The position numbers and the translations under genes are program-made. The notes under the pieces are model-generated. The model had not been told where the DNA came from. It searched no databases and saw only the letters and a list, made by a program, of their open reading frames with translations. A DNA stretch of 64,000 nt from Flavobacteriales bacterium (GTDB lineage: Bacteria > Bacteroidota > Bacteroidia > Flavobacteriales_D > Sanyastnellaceae), in assembly GCA_947456965.1 (NCBI GenBank), contig CANGTU010000010.1:6711-70710 (forward strand), given 5' to 3'. Positions 17,852 through 27,245 of this stretch are shown one piece after another. The stretch's first letter is position 1. Each line of letters opens with the position of its first letter.

Positions 17852-17919
17852 AGTTCCACGTGGAATGGCGCAACCTTCCACTACGGGCGTGCGTACACGC
17901 TCCTTGAAAACTCTATCTC

Positions 17920-20900
17920 GTGCTCCTGAGAACCCTGATTGTTGGGCTTATTGCTTTTTCGGCGCCGCTTGGCGCGCAGGTGACCTTCTCTGCCAACACC
18001 ACAGCAGGATGCTCGCCTCTTGGTGTCGTAATTTCCGTTACATCACCCTCGGCGAGCAGCATCAGTTCTTACATCTGGACCATTACCCGGCCCGACGGAT
18101 CCATTCATACCGCAACAAGTCCACAATATGTGGCCATTCTTTCCCTTCCAGGCAGCTACGACGTCAGCCTGACCATCAATGCCAACCAGAACCACACCGT
18201 TCCGGGTTTTATCACTGTTCACGCCAATCCTACGGCCTCTTTCACTGTCAATGACTCTTCCGGCTGTTTGCCACACGCCGTAACCCTGAACAGCACAAGC
18301 ATACCCGGAAGCGGGGCTATTATGCACTGGAACTGGGACTTCGGAAATGGATCCACCGCTACGGGTCCCATCACTACCCATACCTATGCCCAGATAGGCT
18401 CCTATACGCCTGTTCTGTCCATCACTGATGTGAACGGTTGCTTCGCTACAGCAGCAGTCCCGGGCATGATCCAGGTGCTCAACACGCTCCCCACAGCTCA
18501 ATTCACCGCCACCCCCTCTCTGACTTGTCCAGCGCCCGCGGAAGTCAGCTTCCTGAACACCTCTGCTGGCAACGGGCCCATGACCTCGGAGTGGGTATTC
18601 GGCAGCGCCGGTAGCGCGTTGCAAACAGGAACAGGAACCATCAGCCACACATTCCCATCTGCCGGAACCGAAGAGGTTTGCCTGCAGGTGACCGATGCTC
18701 ACGGATGCCAGTCGCAAACATGCCATGACATCACCATACTGGATCAAGCCAATCCGCAATTCACCGCAAGCCTGACCTCGGTCTGTTCCGGTTCGCCAGT
18801 CAGCTTTACGAACCTCACAACACCAGTTGCCGCTCAATATGCCTGGGATTTTGATGGCAATGGTACAATCGACTCATCATCATCCAGTCCTCATTTCTCC
18901 TATCCTGCACCAGGAACCTATGTCCCAACTCTCACCGCCACCTATTCCACGCAGTGCTCGGCTAGCTTCTCCGGGCCTGTGATTACTGTTCTTCCGGGAA
19001 TCTCGGTCAGCTTCTCCGCCAATCAAACTACGTCGTGCGAGGTTCCGTTTTCCGTGATACTCACCAGCACAACCTCCGGTGCAGGAATCACCTCAAGCTG
19101 GTCCGTAAATGGTGTACCAGTTGGAAGCGGAAGCCCGTTCACCCATACCATCTCAGACTTCGGTAATTACTCTGTGACACTCACGTCAACGAATGCCAGC
19201 GGCTGCTCAGCCCAGTCAACACAGAGCAACCTGGTCAGCATTCAGCCACCATCCGTCACGTTCGAACATCCTTCTTTCAGTTGTGCCGGAGAAGCCATTG
19301 AAATCACTGACATAACGGTCGTATCTAATAGCCCTGTGATCAGCTGGGGCTGGGATTTCACGGGGGACCTTGTCGCTGATATCACCGGACCCAACCCTGC
19401 GTGGACCTACCCCGCTACAGGAACGTATGCCCTTACCGTATTTGCTGAAACCCAATCCGGATGCACTCTCTCGTGGACTTCTCCTGATCCGCTTACCGTC
19501 ATCAGTCCTGCGCTTCCAACTTTCACCGCAAGCACGACGGTATCATGTGCCGGGCTCCCCATCGAGTTCTGCCTACCCCAATCCAGCGAAAATCAATACT
19601 CCTGGAATTTCCACGACGGCAATGGCTGGGTCACTATGGAGGCGGGAGCGCTCTGCCTTCAGCATGACTACCAGGATACCGGATACTTCGATTTGACGCT
19701 GAGCGTCTTCAATCAAGCGTGCAGCGCTGAATTATTTCTCGAAGAATACATCTACATCACCCCTCCGGTGGCCATCTTCGACTATGCAACAGACTGTTCT
19801 AACCTCATGACGGTCGGTTTCAGCGACCTGTCCATTGAAGCTGACCAACTCATCTGGGACTTTGGGGACGGCAGCCCCGTAGTTCATGATGACCTCACGC
19901 CTACCCATACATTTCCCGGACCGGGCAGTTACGACGTAACCCTTACAGCTGTGCATGATGCTTTAGGATGCCCTGACGAAACCGTTGTAACCCTTGACCT
20001 CTATCCTCCTGACGCAGGCATGAGTTTTACCCTCACCTCTGCTTGTCCGCCGGCACTTGTTACCATTGATACCGATGCCCAGTCCCAGGAATGGCATCTC
20101 ACCATTTCCAATGGCGACAGCGTGCATGTTGAATGGAACGTTCCTCAACAGGAATGGCAAGTTGCCTATACGCAGCATGGGGTCACCGCCCTCACTGCAG
20201 CTCCTGAAGGCCAGGAGTTCTGGCCCAATCTGACCTTCGAAGAGGAAGGCTGTTATGACATTCTGGTCGCCACAACTGATGCCTTCGGCTGTACCGCTGA
20301 GGCCCATTATCCGCAGGTTGTATGCGCTGATTCAGGAACTGATTTCGCTGATTTTACGTGGACTATTCTCGAGGAGTGCGCCGCATTGGAAATTCAATTT
20401 GAACCTGCGCTCGCCGACCTCGAATCCTGGACCTGGGAGTTTGGAAATGGTGAGGGGTCTTTTGCCGAAACTCCGGTACACAGCTTCCTGCCGCCCTATC
20501 CCTACGGCGACAGCCTGGAAGTGACGCTCACCGCAGTGGATGCTGGAGGATGTGTTTCTACGGTGACTCACCCGATATACGTGGATTTCCCCATCATTCC
20601 TTCGTTCACCGTGTCAGATCCATTCGCCTGTGCCCTTGATGTCATCACGTTTACCAACACTACGCCCATTGAAGCAGCTGCATGGTCCTGGAGCTTTGGG
20701 GATTCCGGATCCGCCAATTCATCTGGCAACCACCATGCGAGCCACAGCTATACCCACAGCGGCACGTACGAGGTATGTCTTACTGCAACAAACGACTCCG
20801 GCTGTGCGCGTACGACCTGCGTTCCCGCTGCTGTGAATGTGGTCACCCCTGAGGCTGGTTTCAGCTTCAGCAGCACATTCAACAGTTGCCTTTATGGGGT

Positions 20901-23559
20901 GACCTTCACCAACACTTCGCTCGGTTCTTATGACGATCTTTTCTGGGACTTCGGCGATGGTCAATCGGGTGCCGGCGAGGTAGCCTATCACACCTATCCG
21001 CTGGGGGTCTATGACGTCACCCTCATAGCCTCGAATGCATATGGCTGTTCAGACACCCTGATCGTGCAAGATATCTTCAATTTTTCGGGAACAATTGGAC
21101 CATTCTCTCAGGAGTTAGATGATGCCAACTGCGCTCCGTTTGATGTGGTGCTCACGGCATATAATCCAACTGACACCTACTTCAGTTACTTCTGGGATTT
21201 CAACGATGGCTACGGCGACCCATCCGGCAGCACAACCAGTGCTCACACCTATCCCGATGCCGGAGTGTATTGTCCGCAACTCATTATGACCGATCCGAAT
21301 GGTTGCCAGGTGCTTATTGAATGCGCTGCTCCCATTGCTGTGGAAGAATTCAATCTTCATTACACCCTGAATGATACTATTTGCGCAGGAGAAGATGTCG
21401 TGATCAGCATTGCCAATGGAACCGGTCATTCCTGGGGCGCAGGAACACCAGTAGCCGCAGGAAGCAATCCAGGTACGTTTATCCTGATGCCCTCGATGAC
21501 TGAAACCTATACGCTCACTGGGTATTACAGCGATTGTGTGAGCGTGCACAGCATCCCGGTTGTCGTGAATCCCCTTCCCAACGTCAGTCTGATAATGCCC
21601 GATTCCTACTGCGACGGTCAGCCTGTTGCTGCTCTTGACGGCGGATCACCGGCCGGACCAGGAGGTTCTTATACCATCAATGGACTACCAGCTATTGCGC
21701 TCGATCCTGGAGCGGGGCCCGGCAACTATGCGGTTGGATATCACTACACTGATGAGCAGGGCTGCAGCGGCAATGCTATGCTTGATGTATCGGTTCGCGC
21801 ATTGCCTTCAATCACCTTCACGGCGCCTGGGCCCATTTGTGAGAATGCTCCACCTGCCATCCTCACCACCGGAATGCCAGCGGGCGGAACTTATCTCTCC
21901 GGGGGCAGCCCCATCAGCTTTTTCGATCCCTCGGTGGGAATGGGCGAATATCCAATCGCTTATCTCTACACTGACTCAACCGGGTGTTCCAATTCGATCA
22001 CCAGTCCTGTGATTGTTCATCCCGCGCCTGATGCACACGTGCAGATACTTCCGACCTGCATGGACCTTCCGCTGGCTATTGAAAACAACAGCACCATTCT
22101 CACCGGAAGCATTGTTTCAACCACCTGGACCATTGGCGGAGCCACGTACACCGGACCTGATCCCCAAGACGTGTATCTGGGCGCTTATGGAAGCTCCTCT
22201 TTTCAAGTGAGCATGACCAGTAACCATGGATGCACCACTGCTGAAAGCGGGTTGTTTTATGTGGCCGCCGTGCCTGTTGCCTCTTTCAGCTATACCGTTT
22301 CCTGTGAGAACACCCCGGTTCCCTTTGTTTCGACCAGCACTATACCAGAAGGTTCCATCGCCTCGTGGGAGTGGAGCGTGGGCGATATACCGGCAGGTAG
22401 CGGGCCGTCCATTTTTCACACCTACAATGACAACGATGGTGCGCAGATGAGCCTTTTGGTCACCTCCAACCATGGCTGTGACACTGAGGTCACTCAGGAT
22501 GTGCTCATTCGGCCCGTGCCCGATCTTGCCATCTCACACGGTCTTGCCTGTGAAGGAACAGAGATTGTGTTTTTCGGTACGGCCGAATTGGATTATGGGG
22601 GGGTAACCAGCTATGGGTGGCAGTTTGGAGATGGAACAATCGAAATGGGAGCTCAGGCCGATCACCTCTATGCGTCGGCCGGAACCTATGATATCAGTTT
22701 AACGGCCACAACCAACCTCGGGTGCTCGGCCACCCTCTCAGATCAGCTTGAGGTGTATCCCTTGCCTGCCGCAGCCTTTCTTGCTGATGTCAGCGAAACC
22801 TGCGGCAATGAGCCGTTCAGCCTCCTTGACCTCAGCAGCGTGGATGCCCCATCCGAGATCACCGCGTATGCGTGGTATATGGATGATGTGCCGGTAAGCA
22901 CGGAACCTTCCCCCACCTTGCTTGCGCCAGGACCTGGGCTTTATGCAATCCGGCTCGTGGTGACGACTGATGCCGGTTGTACCGGCCTCACTTATGAGCC
23001 TGCGGTTATTCAGGTATACCCAGTTCCTTCTGCTGGGTTCGGTCTGGAACAAAATCAAGCCTCTATGTCCAATCCCGTTGCAGAAATAGTTGATCAGAGC
23101 AGCGACGATGTCGTCAACTGGCACTACGATCTCGGTGATGGGCATGCCGCTTCCTTTGCGAGCGGCCAGCACGAATACGCCGCATGGGGCGACTACACCA
23201 TCACGCAGGTGGTAACGAATGGCTTCGGTTGCAGCGACACGTCGACCAGGCGGTTCAACATTCAGGAAGAAGCTCTTGTATATATTCCGAATGCCTTTAC
23301 CCCTGACGGCAATGGCCACAACGAGGGATTCAGGCCCGTCATTTCAGGCTTTGATCCCACCTCCTATTCGATGATCATCTTTGACCGCTGGGGCCAAGAA
23401 GTCTATCGCACAACCGATCTCAATGGATACTGGAACGGCCTTTATCAGAATAAAGGCGAGCCCTCTCCGGATGGGTCCTATACATGGCAACTCGAGTTCC
23501 GCGCTGAACCCGAATCACCCATTCGCCAGATGAGCGGATTTGTGATTTTACTTCGGTGA
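17920..23559 (+). CDS. 1879-aa secreted PKD-repeat surface protein with type-B T9SS C-terminal sorting domain
   Basis: GTG start with signal peptide LLRTLIVGLIAFSAPLGAQ. About 18 PKD-like units carry the W.WDFGDG....NP.H.Y...G.Y.V.L.....GC pattern. The last ~95 aa (nt ~23272-23556: ALVYIPNAFTPDGNGHNEGFRPV...FDRWGQEVY...WNG...PDGSYTW) match the gliding-motility-associated C-terminal domain (TIGR04131 as I recall). Confidence 0.9.
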   Translation: MLLRTLIVGLIAFSAPLGAQVTFSANTTAGCSPLGVVISVTSPSASSISSYIWTITRPDGSIHTATSPQYVAILSLPGSYDVSLTINANQNHTVPGFITVHANPTASFTVNDSSGCLPHAVTLNSTSIPGSGAIMHWNWDFGNGSTATGPITTHTYAQIGSYTPVLSITDVNGCFATAAVPGMIQVLNTLPTAQFTATPSLTCPAPAEVSFLNTSAGNGPMTSEWVFGSAGSALQTGTGTISHTFPSAGTEEVCLQVTDAHGCQSQTCHDITILDQANPQFTASLTSVCSGSPVSFTNLTTPVAAQYAWDFDGNGTIDSSSSSPHFSYPAPGTYVPTLTATYSTQCSASFSGPVITVLPGISVSFSANQTTSCEVPFSVILTSTTSGAGITSSWSVNGVPVGSGSPFTHTISDFGNYSVTLTSTNASGCSAQSTQSNLVSIQPPSVTFEHPSFSCAGEAIEITDITVVSNSPVISWGWDFTGDLVADITGPNPAWTYPATGTYALTVFAETQSGCTLSWTSPDPLTVISPALPTFTASTTVSCAGLPIEFCLPQSSENQYSWNFHDGNGWVTMEAGALCLQHDYQDTGYFDLTLSVFNQACSAELFLEEYIYITPPVAIFDYATDCSNLMTVGFSDLSIEADQLIWDFGDGSPVVHDDLTPTHTFPGPGSYDVTLTAVHDALGCPDETVVTLDLYPPDAGMSFTLTSACPPALVTIDTDAQSQEWHLTISNGDSVHVEWNVPQQEWQVAYTQHGVTALTAAPEGQEFWPNLTFEEEGCYDILVATTDAFGCTAEAHYPQVVCADSGTDFADFTWTILEECAALEIQFEPALADLESWTWEFGNGEGSFAETPVHSFLPPYPYGDSLEVTLTAVDAGGCVSTVTHPIYVDFPIIPSFTVSDPFACALDVITFTNTTPIEAAAWSWSFGDSGSANSSGNHHASHSYTHSGTYEVCLTATNDSGCARTTCVPAAVNVVTPEAGFSFSSTFNSCLYGVTFTNTSLGSYDDLFWDFGDGQSGAGEVAYHTYPLGVYDVTLIASNAYGCSDTLIVQDIFNFSGTIGPFSQELDDANCAPFDVVLTAYNPTDTYFSYFWDFNDGYGDPSGSTTSAHTYPDAGVYCPQLIMTDPNGCQVLIECAAPIAVEEFNLHYTLNDTICAGEDVVISIANGTGHSWGAGTPVAAGSNPGTFILMPSMTETYTLTGYYSDCVSVHSIPVVVNPLPNVSLIMPDSYCDGQPVAALDGGSPAGPGGSYTINGLPAIALDPGAGPGNYAVGYHYTDEQGCSGNAMLDVSVRALPSITFTAPGPICENAPPAILTTGMPAGGTYLSGGSPISFFDPSVGMGEYPIAYLYTDSTGCSNSITSPVIVHPAPDAHVQILPTCMDLPLAIENNSTILTGSIVSTTWTIGGATYTGPDPQDVYLGAYGSSSFQVSMTSNHGCTTAESGLFYVAAVPVASFSYTVSCENTPVPFVSTSTIPEGSIASWEWSVGDIPAGSGPSIFHTYNDNDGAQMSLLVTSNHGCDTEVTQDVLIRPVPDLAISHGLACEGTEIVFFGTAELDYGGVTSYGWQFGDGTIEMGAQADHLYASAGTYDISLTATTNLGCSATLSDQLEVYPLPAAAFLADVSETCGNEPFSLLDLSSVDAPSEITAYAWYMDDVPVSTEPSPTLLAPGPGLYAIRLVVTTDAGCTGLTYEPAVIQVYPVPSAGFGLEQNQASMSNPVAEIVDQSSDDVVNWHYDLGDGHAASFASGQHEYAAWGDYTITQVVTNGFGCSDTSTRRFNIQEEALVYIPNAFTPDGNGHNEGFRPVISGFDPTSYSMIIFDRWGQEVYRTTDLNGYWNGLYQNKGEPSPDGSYTWQLEFRAEPESPIRQMSGFVILLR
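17980..23270 (+). repeat. intragenic array of ~18 divergent PKD-domain coding repeats (~80-90 codons each); boundaries approximate
   Basis: Recurrent motifs seen in the translation include WNWDFGNGSTATGPITTHTY, YAWDFDGNGT, WGWDFTGD, LIWDFGDGSPV, WTWEFGNGEG, WSWSFGDSGS, LFWDFGDGQSG, YFWDFNDGYG, YGWQFGDGT and NWHYDLGDGH. The array is interrupted at nt ~21568-22032 by two copies of a different Cys-containing Ig-like module (P.P.V.......C.G......GG.P.GG.Y........DP..G.G.Y...Y.YTD..GCS). Confidence 0.8.
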
Positions 23560-23571
23560 AGAGGGATTCGT

Positions 23572-24327
23572 TCAAAGCACGTTGATCCGTTCAGCAAGTT
23601 CATCGCGGTAGTTTCCCCCCACGGGAATTTCGCGCTGCACATTGCCCTCAGCAATCACAAGATCACCGGCCTGGATGTATAACACCTTCTCCATGTTCAC
23701 GATAAATGACCGGTGCACCCTTTGGAAAATTTTGCCTGGCAATTTCTTTTCCACGTCCTTCATCGTGGTATGCACGATGAATTTCTGATCGCGTGTAATG
23801 ATCTGCACATAATCCTTCAGCGCTTCTACGTAGAATACATCCGCAGCGTTGATTTTCATCAACCTGGACTGATGCTTGAGGAACAGGTGCTCTGCGTTCG
23901 ATTTGTAGTTCATCAGTGATCGCAGCAGTTCATTCTCCACCTTAATTTCCTGGTCCTTCTTATGTTTATGCAGAGCCAGTTCAATGGTGGTGTGAACGTC
24001 GATCTCTTTGAATGGTTTAAGGATATATCCGTGTGGCTCTGTCACCTTGGCCTTGCTCAGCGTGGCGTCATCAGCATATGCCGTGAGGAAGATTACTGGG
24101 ATATCCCGGTGTGACTTGATTATTTCGGCGGCTTCAATGCCCGTCATATTGCCTTTGAGCATAATGTCCATGAGTGCCAAATCAGGCTTGAGCTGATCTG
24201 CCAGTTCAATCGCCTTTTCGCCGGTATCGGCTTGTCCGCAAACGACATAGCCTAACTTTGTGAGACTGCGTTCGATATCCTTTCTGACGATGCTCTCGTC
24301 TTCAACAACTAGAATCTGAATAACCAT
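23572..24327 (-). CDS. LytTR-family response regulator (REC + LytTR DNA-binding domain)
   Basis: REC domain: MVIQILVVEDESIVRKDI...DLALMDIMLKG.MTGIEAA...IPVIFLTAY. The C-terminal part (NAADVFYVEALKDYVQIIT...FQRVHRSFIVNMEKV) is LytTR. The ATG at 24327 is preferred to the TTG at 24372. Confidence 0.9.
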   Translation of the reverse strand: MVIQILVVEDESIVRKDIERSLTKLGYVVCGQADTGEKAIELADQLKPDLALMDIMLKGNMTGIEAAEIIKSHRDIPVIFLTAYADDATLSKAKVTEPHGYILKPFKEIDVHTTIELALHKHKKDQEIKVENELLRSLMNYKSNAEHLFLKHQSRLMKINAADVFYVEALKDYVQIITRDQKFIVHTTMKDVEKKLPGKIFQRVHRSFIVNMEKVLYIQAGDLVIAEGNVQREIPVGGNYRDELAERINVL

Positions 24328-24368
24328 AGTGCTTCTTTGCTCGGTCAGCCGCAGTGTTGGGTTGACAT

Positions 24369-27245
24369 TCAACGCCGGCTCAATTCAAATGTAATCAGAA
24401 ACTCTGTGCCATTCCCGGGTTCACTCGTTACCCTGATCTGCCCGTCCAATTGTTCTGTCAGTGTATAGACAAGCTGAACTCCGAGCGAATCTGTCTTGTC
24501 GTACTGAAAACCAACAGGCAGGCCGATCCCATCGTCTGCCACCCGCAGATGCAAAATACCATTCTCCTCATGCAGGTCCAGGTACAAGTTCCCCTCACGC
24601 CGATCTGAAAAGGCATATTTCAGACTGTTGCTCACAAGTTCATTAACAATTAATCCGCATGGGATAGCCTGATCAATGTGTATCGATACGTCGTCCAAAC
24701 TGGGGTGGAAATCGACTGTGTAGCTCCTGAGGCGGTAGCTCTGAATCAGATTATAGGAGAGGGTACGGAGGTAATCTGAAAATTGAATACTGCTGAAATC
24801 CGTTGTTCTGTATAGTGTTTCATGTATGAACGACATGCTTTTGATTCGGTTCTGGCTTTCCTCCAGGATATCCAGCGTTTTCTTATCGCTGACAAACGAT
24901 GACTGAAGGTTCAGTATGCTGCTGATAACCTGAAGATTATTTTTCACCCGGTGATGAACTTCCTGAAGGAGCACTTCCTTTTCGCGAAGCGCCTCGCGAA
25001 TTTGCCGTTCGATCCGTTTTCTGCTTGTGGTGTTATATACCAGACATGAGACCTCTTCCAGCTTATCACCCACATATATCGGGTTGATAAAGAACTCCAG
25101 CCATATCAGGCCGTCCGGCTGAGGCCTCATGGCCAACTCAAACTGCTGAGGTCGGCCATCAAATGAAAGCCGGAATGCATCCAACTGGCTCTGGTACGTG
25201 TCCTTGTCCACGTGTTCCTGAATAAGGGCCAACACGTCAATAGTCTGGTCCAGATTCCTACCGAGTTCACTCATAACCCAGCGCCGAAAATTCGCATTAC
25301 TTGTGGTAAGCCGGTAATTCCGGTCCATGGTCCACATCATCAGATTCTCTGTGCTGTTGAAAATGGACTCCAGCTTCGCCTTTTGCTCAAGAGCTCGTCT
25401 TTCGTGGGCCCTGAATTCTGTGATATCCCTGAGGATGGCGATAAAACCCTGATCGTTCGTATCCCGAATGCGACTGATGGAGACTAACCCGTTGAACTCC
25501 TCTCCGCCGCGCCGAACATTCACCATTTCAACGAGCACCTCACCCTTCGAGAGCACTATTTCCTTCATGGTCGAAACTTCCTGGCCACTGGCGAAAAGCA
25601 CGTCTATATCCTTCCCAATCACATCTGGTAAACTCCGTCTGAACTGATACTCAGCAGCCTTATTGAACTCCTTGATCCGAAAAGAACCATCGCATGCGAT
25701 GATCATGTCCATGGAGCTGTCGATCAAACTGCGGGTGTATTTCTCCTGCTCACGAAGCTTCGTTTGCGTCTGCTTATGCTCCTCGATTTCTTGCTTCAAT
25801 ACCAGATTAATCTCTTCAGCAATCCGTGTGCGCATCTGCTCCTGTAACAGCTGAACCCGGGTGCTGATATCGGTTAACGAAATCTGAAGAGATAGCTTAT
25901 TCTCAAATACCGTGAGCGTCGCCCGCATTCCCACTTCTACGGTGGACCCATCGAGTCGTCTCATGCTCAATTCCTTGTAGCCGACTTCTTTTCCCTGAGC
26001 CACTTGTTCCAGGTCATCACTGACCTCTGCAACATACTCAGAAAAGATAAAATCCATGAAATCCTTATCGCATAAATCATCCTCATCCTTTGCCAGCAGG
26101 AGATCCACGGAAGCCTGATTCACATACTCTATGCGGCCCCCGGTAATGATCACTATAGCATTTGGAGCGCTTTCCAGCACGTTCCGCAGCCTGTGCACCG
26201 TTTGTTCAAGCGCAAACTCTGCGCGCTTCCGGGCTGTAACATCAGTAAGCACCAATATCCTGCGCGACTGATTCCGGATTTTCATATCGATGCCAGAAAC
26301 CTCCAATACAAGAAGCTTAGCATCCCGTGTGGAAGAGCGTATTTCCATTTTGTTGGCGCGCGAAATCTCCATGCCCATCGACAGGCGACGCATATCTACA
26401 GAGGTAATAAACTCTGTAATACTCATTCCCATCACCTCGCTGGAGTGCAAATACCCGAACAATGCCGCGAATTGCTCATTGCAATCCACAACCAGGTCTC
26501 CCTCCAGGAATACCACAGCTTCGTGAGCAACTGCAGCCAGAGCAGCCAGGCGTTCCTCACTCTCCTTCATAGACTTTTCAAAAATCTTCTGGTTCGTGAT
26601 ATCCATTGTCGAACCGCTGACGGATTCGCTTCCGTCTTCTTCCTTGTGTATGTATAAATTTTCCTGGCAAATCACCTCTTCACCATCCTTTCGCCTGAGC
26701 CTGGTCTCTGTCTTAACCAGTTCTCCCTTTTCACGAAGGCGCTTAATCACCAACTCCCAATCATCTGCGGTATGATGAAATACGCGCATGTCCAACCCCA
26801 ACATACTGTCAGGGTCGGGATATCCAAGCATCCTGCAGAATGCCTGATTACACTCCAGTATGGTACCTGCCAGATCACACCGAAACACCCCGGCTGCATG
26901 ATCCAGGACCAACCTCCTATACCTGTCTCCTCGTATATCCTCTTGATTCCTCGGCCTTCTCACCAAGGCTACCTGTAAACCATTAACCTGTAATCTATGA
27001 AAAAAAAGGAATGGCTGTTTTTCCGGATAATGTGAAATGCCAAAATCCGATAACTCATCGATAATGCGCTTCCTGCTGCTATCATCAATAGCACATTTCA
27101 ACCAATGAAAAAGGTCTTGTTCAACGGCTGTATCCTTGCTCCCGTCGCTTGCGTTCCGGCTATCAATAATCTCCAGCAGGGGCAAGCCCACCAAGGCCAG
27201 TGCTTCTGCATCCGCCTGAAAAATACGCTCTGGTCCCATACTCAT
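24369..27245 (-). CDS. soluble multi-PAS sensor histidine kinase (about five PAS domains + HisKA_2 + HATPase)
   Basis: The phospho-acceptor region EVHHRVKNNLQVISSILNLQS is the HisKA_2 signature. The ATPase has the N box LIVNELVSNSLKYAF and G boxes RVADDGIGLP and GVQLV. Five PAS-like segments were identified by eye (e.g. AGVFRCDLAGTILECNQAFCRMLGY, EAVVFLEGDLVVDCNEQFAALFGY, NAIVIITGGRIEYVNQASVDLL, MDMIIACDGSFRIKEFNKAAEYQF, LMMWTMDRNYRLTTSNANFRRW). No hydrophobic TM segment is present. Confidence 0.9.
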   Translation of the reverse strand: MSMGPERIFQADAEALALVGLPLLEIIDSRNASDGSKDTAVEQDLFHWLKCAIDDSSRKRIIDELSDFGISHYPEKQPFLFFHRLQVNGLQVALVRRPRNQEDIRGDRYRRLVLDHAAGVFRCDLAGTILECNQAFCRMLGYPDPDSMLGLDMRVFHHTADDWELVIKRLREKGELVKTETRLRRKDGEEVICQENLYIHKEEDGSESVSGSTMDITNQKIFEKSMKESEERLAALAAVAHEAVVFLEGDLVVDCNEQFAALFGYLHSSEVMGMSITEFITSVDMRRLSMGMEISRANKMEIRSSTRDAKLLVLEVSGIDMKIRNQSRRILVLTDVTARKRAEFALEQTVHRLRNVLESAPNAIVIITGGRIEYVNQASVDLLLAKDEDDLCDKDFMDFIFSEYVAEVSDDLEQVAQGKEVGYKELSMRRLDGSTVEVGMRATLTVFENKLSLQISLTDISTRVQLLQEQMRTRIAEEINLVLKQEIEEHKQTQTKLREQEKYTRSLIDSSMDMIIACDGSFRIKEFNKAAEYQFRRSLPDVIGKDIDVLFASGQEVSTMKEIVLSKGEVLVEMVNVRRGGEEFNGLVSISRIRDTNDQGFIAILRDITEFRAHERRALEQKAKLESIFNSTENLMMWTMDRNYRLTTSNANFRRWVMSELGRNLDQTIDVLALIQEHVDKDTYQSQLDAFRLSFDGRPQQFELAMRPQPDGLIWLEFFINPIYVGDKLEEVSCLVYNTTSRKRIERQIREALREKEVLLQEVHHRVKNNLQVISSILNLQSSFVSDKKTLDILEESQNRIKSMSFIHETLYRTTDFSSIQFSDYLRTLSYNLIQSYRLRSYTVDFHPSLDDVSIHIDQAIPCGLIVNELVSNSLKYAFSDRREGNLYLDLHEENGILHLRVADDGIGLPVGFQYDKTDSLGVQLVYTLTEQLDGQIRVTSEPGNGTEFLITFELSRR

